Below, piece by piece: positions 53,497 to 64,000 of a DNA stretch of 64,000 bases. Origin of the DNA: Octopus vulgaris (lineage: Eukaryota); assembly GCA_951406725.2 (NCBI GenBank), contig OX597821.1, forward strand, positions 85,374,001 to 85,438,000, given 5' to 3'. The position numbers were made by a program, and so were the translations under genes. The notes beneath the pieces are model-generated. The model ran no database searches. It saw nothing but the letters and a program-made list of their open reading frames with translations, and had not been told where the DNA came from. How positions within the stretch are numbered: the stretch's first letter is position 1; the number at the start of each line of letters is the position of its first letter.

Positions 53497-54020
53497 AAGG
53501 TGGTGGACTGGCAGAATTGTTTGCAAGCTGGATGAAATACTCAGTAGCATTTCATATGTCTTTACATTCTGAGTTCAAATGCCACCGAGATTAACTTCAC
53601 CATTCATCCTTTCAAGGCTGATGACGTAAGTACGAATTAAGCATTTAGATCAATGTAATCAACTAGCCCCGCTCCAGACCAAATTTCAGGCCTTGTGCCT
53701 ATAAAAGAAAGGATTATCTGAACTGGACCTCACGTCCGTGTTAAAGACTTTACACTGTTCAACATGTCATTATCAGGAACTGATCTTGTGCCAAAGACCA
53801 GATACCACACACCATGCCTTTATCATCGCCAGCTATGTTGTTGGATTGACAGAATCCTCAGAGCAATGGACAAAATGCCTTGTAGTATTTGTTCTGACTC
53901 TATTGTGTTTTGAGTTCAAATCCCACAGAGGCCAACTCTGTCATTTTGCAGGTTGATATAATAGAATAACATTCATCCCTAAAGGTTGCAGACCTTGTGC
54001 TTGAATCAGAAACAATTATT
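53497..54020 (+). mobile_element. Two tandem diverged SINE copies (Meta-domain-like; 53497-53716 and 53835-54020)
   Basis: Both contain tgagttcaaat...gag and ccttgtgc tail motifs. Confidence 0.7.
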
Positions 54021-54480
54021 AAGATCGGATCTCTTAAGGACAATATCACATATTATTCAACGTGTCATTATCAGAACCTGATCTGTGAAACATCTCAAAA
54101 CTTGTCATCTGATATTTTACAATTTTTATGGAAAGATATAACCCCAAATCTCTTTATATTTAAAAAAATATTTTTATCATCCCCCACCCCATTCTACAAT
54201 TTGCTATATTTATATTTATTTTACAAATGTTTTGATTTACACCAAACATCATATGTAATAAATATATATTTACGTAAGAGAAGTTGCTGTATGTTGGTTA
54301 ATTTAGTTTCATGAGAATGGAAGATAGGGTCCACTGATGAGGGATGAAAAATGATGAAATATCACCATAGTTAGCAGGATAAAGGAGAGATGGATGTTAC
54401 ACAGATAAGTTATAGGGAAAGCTTGATATAGATTGAGTGCAGGGGTATAGAATATCTAATAATAATAAAAATAATAACGA

Positions 54481-54725
54481 AATTATTGTATACAGTGCTC
54501 AGGTGCACCACAACTTGTCAGAAAGTGCATATAAAGTACATGCAGTAATGTGCAAATGTCTTGAAAACGAACAATGTATGAGTCAGATACATGCTTGCGT
54601 GTGTATGGAGGGGAGAAAATCAGGTGTAGTGTTGGCGAATCTCAGGAAGCATGGAAGTTTTGAAGGATGCAGTGCTCCGACAACTAACAACTGATCCTGG
54701 CAGTTTGTTCCAGGCTTCAGCAACT
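54481..54725 (-). mobile_element. CR1-like LINE 3' end (ORF2 C-terminus + 3'UTR)
   Basis: Minus strand reads VAEAWNKLPGSVVSCRSTASFKTSM (the WN.LP..VV...S...FK motif); (ATT)-type tail. Confidence 0.85.
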
Positions 54726-55619
54726 TGCACTCCATTGGAAAAAAGAAAATGTTGTTGTTAGTCTCACTAGCAGCAGTGAAAGAAGAAACACTTTTATCTT
54801 TTTCTATTCTCCATTAAAGAATAGGATTCCAAAATATCTGAATTTTTCTTATCAAAACAATCAAACTTATCAGTTGATAAATTCTCTTTTAGACTGATTT
54901 TTCTTGATGCAGATCCTCACCAGTTCTCTCGTATTCTGGATATTATATATTCAAAATATTTGTGTAGACTTATGGAAAGTATTTTGGAGTAAGACTATAT
55001 ATGTAATTATGAGAGAAAGAAAATGAAATTCATGAGACTCTATTCCTTATGATCATTTTGACCCATTGTGCATTGGTGCCTTACAGGTGAGATGCTGTAT
55101 AAACAACTGTACATTGTAGGCACAGGTGTGTCTCCTCAGGTGACTTGTTTTTTTTTTATCAGCCATTTCGTTTATTTGTATAACAATCCATTTCTGTTCA
55201 TTGTTTTCAACCACCACCATTGCGACCATAACTGCCATACATATACCGTTCAGACTTCTGATGCCACCACCATCAATACCTTTGACTTGGTCAACTTCCC
55301 CTCCACCACCATCACCACTGTCTTTCACATCACTTACTATTAATGTCATCTTGACTGCCTCAGCTACCACCACCACCGTCATCACCATTGCCTCTGCCAT
55401 TAGCTGTTGTGGTGTGCTGTGCCTTGAAGTAAATCCAGTGGAATATACTTCCACATTGTTGATGACATTAGGTAACCTAATATTGTGAACAGGCTTTAAA
55501 CAGCACACTTCGAGGTGTCTACCTGAATGTAAAATCGTTATTCATATATATATATGGTTTGGTGTATTGAATGGTTGCAACCACATCAGTAACTATTGAC
55601 AACAACAACTTAAACCATC

Positions 55620-55800
55620 TTCACTCGGGCATTTCCATCTCATTCACCTCTCATTGTTGTGTCTTCAACTCCCCACCTCCTTTAATCTCTATACCCAGTC
55701 CTTCTTTTGAGACCAGCACCCTCTGGAATTCCCTGTCAGCTCATATCTTCCCAAAAGGTGTTGACTTTAAGTGGAACATTAATAACATCAGCTTCCCTGG
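55620..55800 (+). mobile_element. Degraded non-LTR ORF2 C-terminal fragment
   Basis: TSTLWNSLSAHIFP resembles the RT..LWNSLP...FP motif of Jockey/CR1-like elements. Confidence 0.5.
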
Positions 55801-55962
55801 TCTGGTTGAACCTGCAAAAGGCCATGAGCATTGGTTCTTTCTCCAGTAAGAAAATCATTTTTAGCAAGACTTTAACTTGGAGAGGGAAGGTTTAGCATTA
55901 GATGTGCTTGGCTCAAACTATTTTACAGCAGAAGATAAAAAATTGTTTTTTTTAAAACTATA

Positions 55963-56127
55963 GGCGTATGAGTGGCTGTGTGGTAAGTAGCTTGCTTATG
56001 AACCACATAGTTCCGGGTTCAGCCCCACTGCATGGCACCTTAGGCAAGTGTCTTCTACTATAGCCTCAGGCTGACCAAAGCCTTATGAGTGTATTTGGTT
56101 GACGGAAACTGAAAGAAGCCTGTTGTG

Positions 56128-56161
<34 letters not shown>

Positions 56162-56385
56162 TATGTGTGTGTATATGTTTGCCCCCCCCCCCACCACATT
56201 GCTTGACAACTGATGCTGCTGTGTTTATGTCCCCGTAACTTAGCAGTTCAGCAAAGGTGACCGATGGAGTAGGTACTGGGCTTGCAATGAATAGGTTCTG
56301 GGGTCAATTTGCTTGAGTAAAGGCGGTGCTCCAGCATGGCCACAGTCACATGACTGAAACAAGTAAAAGAGTAAGGAGTAAAGAA
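55963..56385 (+). mobile_element. Full-length SINE (9443 family)
   Basis: Homologous over its full length; more CpG-decayed. Confidence 0.92.
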
Positions 56386-57534
56386 TGACGGTTCTTACTT
56401 GTCTCTGTGTTCATGGTTATGGTGTGCTTACCTTCTTTTTTAAATTTAATGTTTACATAAAATGTATTGTGTTTATAGACGCATATATAAGTATTCACAG
56501 ATTAAAGAGATGTCGATAAAAATGATTTTAATGTTGAGGTAAGTGTCCAGAGTTTATACTTTGTCAGATAAGTTCATGTAAGGAAATTTTTTTTATATAT
56601 AGTACATAAATTGACTCAAATAGGTGTACAGTCAAGTAATATGTGTTTAATTTTTAATGTGTATTCTCTTCAATGAGTATAAGAGGTACACTTAAATAAG
56701 GGTGGTTCACTTTTTAACAAGAAAGTGGATAGCCAGGAGGATCCAGTGAAGAAATAATCTATAATAATAAATGCCAAAATGAATTTGTGTGTCAGTGTGT
56801 CACATTTTAACCCTTCTCTCACTGTTCAATGACACTTCTACTATTCCTCAGGTTGGGGTTGGGGTAATAGTAGAGCATAGAGACGGTGAAGGTGGTAGTA
56901 GATTAATAGCTGTGATGGTAATGGGGTGATAGTAATAGTATGAGCTGTAGTTGGGACAGAGGCAGAGGCGATGGTGGTGGTGGCGGTAGCTGAGGCAGTC
57001 AAGATGACATTGATAGTAAGTGATGTGAAAGACAGTGGTGATGGTGGAGGAGGGGAAGGTGGCCAAGTCAAAGGCATTGATAGTGGTGGCATCAGAAGTC
57101 TAAATGGTATGTGTATGACAGTTATGGTTGCAATGGTGGTGGTTGAAAACCAACAGAAAGAGAGAGAGGTAAGCTAGAAAAAAAACATTGTACTGTGGCC
57201 TGAATGAGAAGACCAAAACTGTTGCTTATCATGCAGCTTTGCAATAGGTTCCAAGTTGACAAATTATATCATTGTTTTGATGAAAATTGTTCATTGCTTG
57301 AAAAATATTGGTCAAGTTTAATAAAATTTACTATGTACTCAATGCATGACGTGTCACTGTTGGGCTCAAGACTCAATGAAGAGCCCTCCACAGGAGCTAG
57401 CTTCAAAGCCACCCAGTAGGATGGCTCTTAAGCTAATTGGAAATAAATTTCATATTTTTGGAAATTATGGTTTGGAATGAATTTTTGATAAAGCAAATGC
57501 TAGATCTCAAAGTCCCATCTTTTTTGAGATCATC

Positions 57535-57720
57535 ATTATCATCATCTAATGTCTGTGTTCCATGTTTACATGAATTGGATGGTTTGACAAGATCCAACAA
57601 GCCACAAGACTACATTGAGTTTCTAATTTGGTATGGTTTTTATGGCTGGATGCCCTTCTTAATGTCAACCACTTTGCAGAGTGTACTGGGTACTTTTTTC
57701 CATGGCACTACCAGTAGTAA
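57535..57720 (-). mobile_element. Degenerate RTE-type 3' end
   Basis: catcattatcatcatctaatgtc...ggctggatgcccttcttaatgtcaacc. Confidence 0.7.
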
Positions 57721-58094
57721 GGTTACCATGTAACTTGCAAGACAAAACTCCCCTTGACTGAGTAGAGGAGTAGTACTGAAGGAGGTAGCTTTGTGCTAAG
57801 TGTTGAGAAGCTAAAGTGTGATAGAGGGACAGGTGTTGCGCAGTAGAGGAAATATATGGCTACCCCAGCTGGAAAGGGAGATAAGATGGTAGTGATGGAT
57901 AGATAAAGAAAGAATAGGGACAGAGAATCAAGGATGGCTTGATGTGTAGAGCCATGAGAGTGACAGATGGTTAGGGATGAATGCAATGGAAGGTGAACAT
58001 GGATAGGGGCTTGGTCACTAGTGAATCTCAGAATTCTTTTTTGGTGGGGATATAAAGGGAAATAGGAGTGAAACAGAGAAAAGGCAGTATAGAC

Positions 58095-58461
58095 ATAGGA
58101 GTGGCTGTGTGGTACTGGGTTCAGTCCCACTGCATGGCACCTTGGGCAAGTGTCTTCTACTATAGCCTCGGGCCGACCAAAGCCTTGTGAGTGGATTTGG
58201 TAGATGGAAACTGAAAGAAGCCCATCGTATATATGTATATATATGTGTATGTGTGTGTATATGTTTGTCCCTCCAACATCGCTTGACAACCGATGCTGGT
58301 GTGTTTACATCCCCGTAACTTAGCGGTTCAGCAAAAGAGACTGATAGAATAAGTACTAGGCTTACAAAGAATAAGTCCTGGGGTCGATTTGCTTGACTAA
58401 AGGTTGTGCTCCAGCATGGCCACAGTCAAATGACTGAAACAAGTAAAAGAGTAAAAGAGTA
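58095..58461 (+). mobile_element. SINE (9443 family) with a deletion in the tRNA head
   Basis: gtggctgtgtggtactgggttcagtccc lacks the segment between the A and B boxes; the remainder is homologous. Confidence 0.9.
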
Positions 58462-58915
58462 CAAAAAAAAAAGGCAAAACTAATAAAACATTAGATAGAT
58501 GAGAAACAGAGAGATAATGTGAAGTGTGAGTAAAAGGGGAAGGTGTGGACAGTGACAGAGAGAGAAGTCTGAAGTATGTGGTGGGAGACATAGTGAGTGA
58601 CAAAGGGGGTGGGGGATTGATGGCAGATATGAGAGGTGGTCAGAGGAAAGGGACATTCAGTGGAAAATAAAATGGTAGGTAATAATGTTGAGAATGTGGG
58701 ATGGGTGAAAAGGGAAGTGGTTCCAAAGAGAAGAATAACAAGTAGCACAAAAGTGGTGGGGCGTGTGTGAAATATGTGCATTTCTGCCCTTGTATAATTA
58801 CAGCAGCTGAGGAAATAGTGCTATAGTCAGGAAGATAAAGGTAGGATGGATGTCATGAAGATGATTTGTGGGTAAAGCTTGGTACAGATTGGGTGGAAAG
58901 AAAAAAGACATAAAT

Positions 58916-59099
58916 GACTGGCCCCCGTGCCGGTGGCACGTAAAAAGCACCCACTACACTCTCGGAGTGGTTGGCATCCAGCTGTAGAAACTCTGCCAGA
59001 TCAAGATTGGAGCCTGGTGCAGCTATCTGGTTTGCCAGTCCTCAGTCAAAACCGTCCAACCCATGCTAGCATGGAAAGCGGACGTTAAACGATGATGAT
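58916..59099 (+). mobile_element. RTE-type 3' fragment
   Basis: Homologous to 3631-3826. Confidence 0.88.
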
Positions 59100-60202
59100 A
59101 TCCGTTTAGGACCTACTTTCTTTTTTTTGTTGTTGAGAAATTGGATCTTGAGCCAAGTGAATCAGTAACCATCTTAATTCTTTTGTCATTTCCATTATGA
59201 AATTCAACAACCTGAGATCAGTCTTCTCTACTTCATTCTATGCCTTCCAAAGGCCCCATACACATTTAGCAGCCATATATAAGTTATATGTAAATATATT
59301 TGCTAATTTAAGTGGGTGCTGCCCATAAATTTACCCAACAAAAAAGGGGTTTAATTATTTCCAGTGTTTAAACGTTGACGACGGCTTAGAAGTTATCTCC
59401 TGAGTTATCTCCCTTACTTCCTTTTCCAGAGGCCGACATAAGTAAATTTCTTTCTCTCTAATCATTAGATTTAACCATGTGATTACTTCGGGTGTTTTAA
59501 ACATTGTAAATAACCAAACCCAGCCTTTTTATTACACACACTATATATTATTAGTCTTAAAGGCTTGTTGTATTTGACTTACACATTTCTAAAGATGCTA
59601 ACACAGCCAGGGCACTAAGGTTTCTTGGTTTAGCATCACAGAATTCTTAGAATGTATGAATGATTCAGAGATCTGTCCAAATTTCAGATAAACAATGTAG
59701 TTAGGTCTGAAAAATTTGATTCCCATACAAGTGCAACTAAAAAGAAAAATCTGTGTACAAAACTCTCCACCTATCTTGATACTTACAACCATTTCACTCC
59801 GTTAGGAGCACAGCCATTGATGGCTTTTCTCTTCCGTTCTTAACTCAGGGCTGAGTGTTAGAAGATGCTTGGTTGCACAGTTCTGCCAACAACAGACTAA
59901 ATGCAAATCATTGCATCATGTTTCCTTAAGGGAAGGCCTTCCTCCTCCTGATTTTCTTGGCAGTGATGCTTCTGTAACTTTGCTTCCATTCTAGATACAG
60001 GCGTTGGCCCAAACAGATCTACTTTTACCTCTGGGATGAGTTGGTCCATATTAGTCTGGCCTCTGTCCAGTATGAGAGGCCCTATCAGCCATGTATTGGT
60101 GTCAGCCTTGCGTCTATATTACAAACATTATTTAGATTATTGTTTAGGCCTGAGTTAACCATGATTAAAAGCATGCCAGTTATGACCATCCTTTAAGGCC
60201 CT

Positions 60203-60306
60203 CATGCTTTCCGAAATCCGCCGAAACTACACCTGATTATATATACACTTTAGATGAGTTGTAGTGCACCTGAGCACTGTACACAATTATTATTATTATT
60301 ATTATT
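60203..60306 (+). mobile_element. CR1-like 3' end, internally deleted, (ATT)n tail
   Basis: gtgcacctgagcactgtacacaattattatt matches the reverse complement of 54481-54510. Confidence 0.7.
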
Positions 60307-60990
60307 ACCTTTGCTTAAAAATGGAAGTATATAATATGAAGATTTGTGAGCAGTTAGGCTGCAATATCATATATCTCTTTCACAAATTCTCTCTAATCTC
60401 ATCTGACCTATCTCCACTATCATCAAACATCACAAAATGAGAGCCCCTACTGGGTCACTTGGTATGGTAAAAATAGCAGCCAAATTTCCCTCGAAATCAC
60501 AATCTAGTCTTAAAAAAAAAATTCATTGGAGAATCAACTCCTAAACATACTAATCCTCAAATAGAAATGATATGGTTGTAATTGTAACACCTAAGATTGT
60601 AGATTGGATCACTCAGAACTTATCTTTGCCAAAACAATTTCATGTATCACGTATTACATATAGACCTGACAATGCAGCCATGTTCTCTTTTAGTATTCAT
60701 ACTTTTTACATGTGATAACCTCACAATTTTTAAAGTTTGAGAACACCTTCCTGGTGTTTGTGGATTGCAGGACAGGAATGAGATGAGAAAAACTAGCCAC
60801 TGAAAATAAGCCTGTTGAACCATATTTCTTTGGAATGATAATAATAAGGCTCAGGTATCTGGTGCACTGTGTCTTTCAAAACTTGTGGATGTGCTAACAA
60901 CCTATCCATCACCACTAACTTAAAAAGGTGTATATCATGTTGCATTGGTATAACACAATGTTGAAAAACGTTCTTTGCTAAAATTTACAG

Positions 60991-61219
60991 CCATCCGAGT
61001 GTGGCCGTTCGCCAGCCTCGTCTGGCACCTGTGTCGGTGGCACATAAAAAGCACCCACTACACTCACTGAGTGGTTGGCGTTAGGAAGGGCATCCAGCTG
61101 TAGAAACACTGCCACATCAGACTGGGCCTGGTGCAGCCTTCGGGCTTCCCAGACTCCAGTTGAACCGTCCAACCCATGCCAGCATGGAAAGCGGACGTTA
61201 AACGATGATGATGATGATG
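60991..61219 (+). mobile_element. RTE-type 3' fragment, same subfamily as 53120
   Basis: ccatccgagtgtggccgttcgcc...aaacgatgatgatg. Confidence 0.88.
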
Positions 61220-61510
61220 TGTAGAAGCTGACTTGGTTGTTCCAGGGTAGTGCATGCCAACGCAGTTCAATTTCATCCTTATTACATTCTTAGAAGATTA
61301 GGAGTCATTCAGTCTTAAATCATTTTACTTCTTCCTGAATGGTTTGATTTCCTTAGTTGGTATGCTACCTGCTTCATTAACAGTAATTTTACGACCCATT
61401 CAAGGACAATTTCTATATTATTACAAACAGTTAAAATCTTCTAAATTCTTGATGACCATTCACATTGCTAACTTGTAATAGCTCTGAGAATTTCTACACA
61501 ATGGACAATA

Positions 61511-61782
61511 AAATATAAAAAAAAATTAAATGCACCCTTTTTTTTAAAGCCTAGCCAGGCTCATGGGCCCGGTTTCCCAGTTTCCATGGCGTATGTGTTC
61601 CCCAGCTGGACGGGACGCCAGTCCATCACAGCATTACTTATTTTTGCCAATTGAGTGGACAGAACCAACGTGAAATGAAGCGGTTTTCTCAATAACACAA
61701 TGCTTCGCCTGGTCCAGGAATCAAAACCACAATCTTACGATCATGATGCTGACACCCTAACCACTAAGCCACGCGCCTCCAC
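61511..61782 (-). mobile_element. tRNA-derived SINE (V-domain-like family) with 15-bp TSD
   Basis: Homologous to 1898-2162; TSD acacaatggRcaata at 61496-61510 and 61783-61797. Confidence 0.9.
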
Positions 61783-61949
61783 ACACAATGGGCAATACTA
61801 CCAAAAAAATCATTGATGAATAAACTGAAGCAAACTAATCTTTGTTTCTCAGTGAGTATCATTAAATTTGAAAACAAAATCACAACCAGATGATATAATA
61901 CTGCATGAACAGAATTACTATAAAGAAAATTTGTTTCAGTTAATTCCTG

Positions 61950-63300
61950 ACAAATTTACACAGAGAATTTCTGATCAAGAAACTGTAGTGTTTATTAGAG
62001 ATGTGTGTGATAACGAATAAAGGAAGGGTCTGATAGAGAGTAACAAGCTAAATACAGTTTAAAAGAAGCAGGGAGAGGCAGGGCAAATAAATTCAAATAG
62101 TTAACTTAGTCAGAGGCAGAGAGTGTGAAGTACAAGAACTCAATATTTATGATGAATTTACCATGTTTGGTAGAGTGTGCAACACTCATTTAACATACCC
62201 AGAAAAAATACCCCTATAGTTCTGATAATCAAAGACTGCTGCAAAAGGTAATACTGGTAGTTACTTTTTTAGATCAGACCTCATTTGGTGTATCCAATAT
62301 CTGGCTAAACAGGTGTCTAAAACATTTTTCATTACCATGGAAAGTTCCTCTTTACCAAAGTGAATATATTTTAGGGTATGTGAAATCTATAATTTTCCAT
62401 GATCAGTTCTTCAGTATCTTTAAGTAATTAATAAACTAATTAAACTCTTCATTTATTTTCTGTGATCATAACAAACTATGATAACATTTGGTGGTATTTG
62501 TAGAAAATATTAAATTGATGGAACGGCTTCGCAAAGAATTATCAAAAACACTACAAGGTTGTCTCCCTTGGTCTGTTTGAGTGTTTTACCTGAAACTAGA
62601 GTTGTTGTCAAAGTAGAAAAATAAAAGGCAGAAAAAGAAATGTTGGAGCAAAGGTTTTATGATGTCAAAATAGTAGAGAGAATTATATAAAGTGGAATCT
62701 ACTTTGTGATTTTTACCTCAAGATCACTAACAGATTTAAAGATCCGAGAGGTGTATATAATATCCAAAAAGGTATTTCGCATTCAAGAGAATGCAGATAA
62801 GTTTCCTTTTCTTTTTTTCTTTTTTTGTATTACCCGAATGGATAAATTCTTTGATATATTTTTTATTTGTTTTTAATTTTATATATTTTTTTTTATTATT
62901 GTTAAAATCTGCAAATCAGTCCTCACATCTGGTGATCTTGCTAGAGCCAGAGGGTAAGAAAGGGTGTTAAGTATTCGTGTTATTGTGATTTTCTGTTTGG
63001 TCAAGGATTCAAGAGAGTTCTGTTGCCATTTGTTCCTGATGATTTAGCACAGATCTCTGCATCCGGAATTGGAAAGACACCACAATGTAATTAGAATAGC
63101 TGACTTATGGAGGGACAATGACGTGGTGTGTGGGTGAGTGAGTGTTGTTTTGTACTGTGTATGGAGAGTAAATTATACACAATCATAATTGAAAATAAAT
63201 AATAAAAAAGAGAGAGAGAGAGCTAGTTGTGTGAGGTTAATGGGGGAGAAAATCTGCTACAAAAATATTCGCCGGAGATCTGATGGAGATGTAATCATAT
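61950..63300 (-). mobile_element. Possible heavily degraded Penelope-like retroelement RT region
   Basis: Only scattered motif-like fragments (NLT..LSL, FLDII.TP, DNN..F..Q..G); no continuous frame. Confidence 0.3.
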
Positions 63301-64000
63301 TACACTGTGGACACAACTTCTTGGCTCCCTGGCAAAAAATGGAGAAAAAGAAACAAAACAATGTAAGATAATGAATTAATTAGTTACACAGATTTTTCAA
63401 CATAAAGAAGTATTAGGCATTTTAGGCAGCAATTGTAGACAGTATTATTGAGGGGACTTGAATCACATATCCATTGCTAGCTGGACATTTGCATTACAAA
63501 TTAATATTTAATAAATATATAGACATTTGTTAACATATAATACACCTACATGTATATCATCATCTATATTTAAGGAGTGTGGAAGAAAAGCTGTTGTAAC
63601 AACATTACAGCTGTTATTCAATAGCAATGCAAGGGGAACAGACAAATTCTATATCTGAATTTGGTAACTTCACAATGCCACAGTCAAACGTATGAATAAA
63701 TTGAAAAACTTTTATGTAAGAATGGTGAATATAACACAGCAGGATCAGAGAATGGTTTATAACATTCGCAGGAAAACATCCACTGAAAAACTAATGTAGT
63801 TAATAGAAAACTTAATGAGAATGAGATGGCTGAGTAGACATGACAATTTATTAACAGATCATAAATCAAAATTTGCTGCTGGCATTTTGTTGGGTTTCTA
63901 GATATAACACTTGTCTTACATTAACCTACCGTAACTGTTTGCAAAGAATAACAATGAGTTCATCTATTTCAAATTAGTGTCTGTCAATTTTCTTGGGTTC

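Larger units (their letters stand above)
55204..57150. repeat. ~190-bp inverted repeat pair (55204-55398 and 56961-57150), ~1.56-kb spacer
   Basis: The arms are near-identical reverse complements; both give KMTLIVSDVKDSGDGGGGE in the ORF track on opposite strands. Confidence 0.9.

Noticed and set aside
54913-55026. Possible downstream exon after ttcttgatgcAG
   Set aside because: All frames are short and uninformative and the donor is ambiguous; insufficient support
55053-57177. Paired ORFs sharing KMTLIVSDVKDSGDGGGGE
   Set aside because: By-product of the inverted low-complexity repeat; frames differ at both ends

Overview
AT-rich, repeat-dense eukaryotic DNA. The SINE/LINE families and compound microsatellites look like those of an octopus genome (recognised from memory, not database-verified). 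A ~28 kb degenerate (GGAT/GAAT)n satellite (17205-45363) with nested internal duplications occupies the middle; all long ORFs in the ORF track (HPSI/MDGW repeats, poly-P/G/H) are artefacts of simple repeats. The flanks carry many tRNA-derived SINEs, RTE/CR1/Jockey-like LINE remnants, a Tc1 transposase fragment, MITEs and Penelope-like remnants. No conventional long protein-coding gene is visible. The best non-repeat signals are below the ORF-track cutoff. (i) A + strand spliced unit with a 21-nt micro-exon and a 58-aa single-TM ORF ending in CxC (52769-52945). (ii) A divergently oriented - strand candidate unit (exons ~9081-9296, 8150-8242, <=462) carrying several short CxC-containing ORFs, including a 53-aa hydrophobic-N-terminus ORF that also ends in CxC+3 residues. 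(iii) An 84-nt pre-miRNA-like hairpin, a TSD-flanked truncated U2 pseudogene, a hammerhead-like inverted repeat and several foldback structures. All gene models are inferred by eye from splice signals and need expression and conservation evidence.
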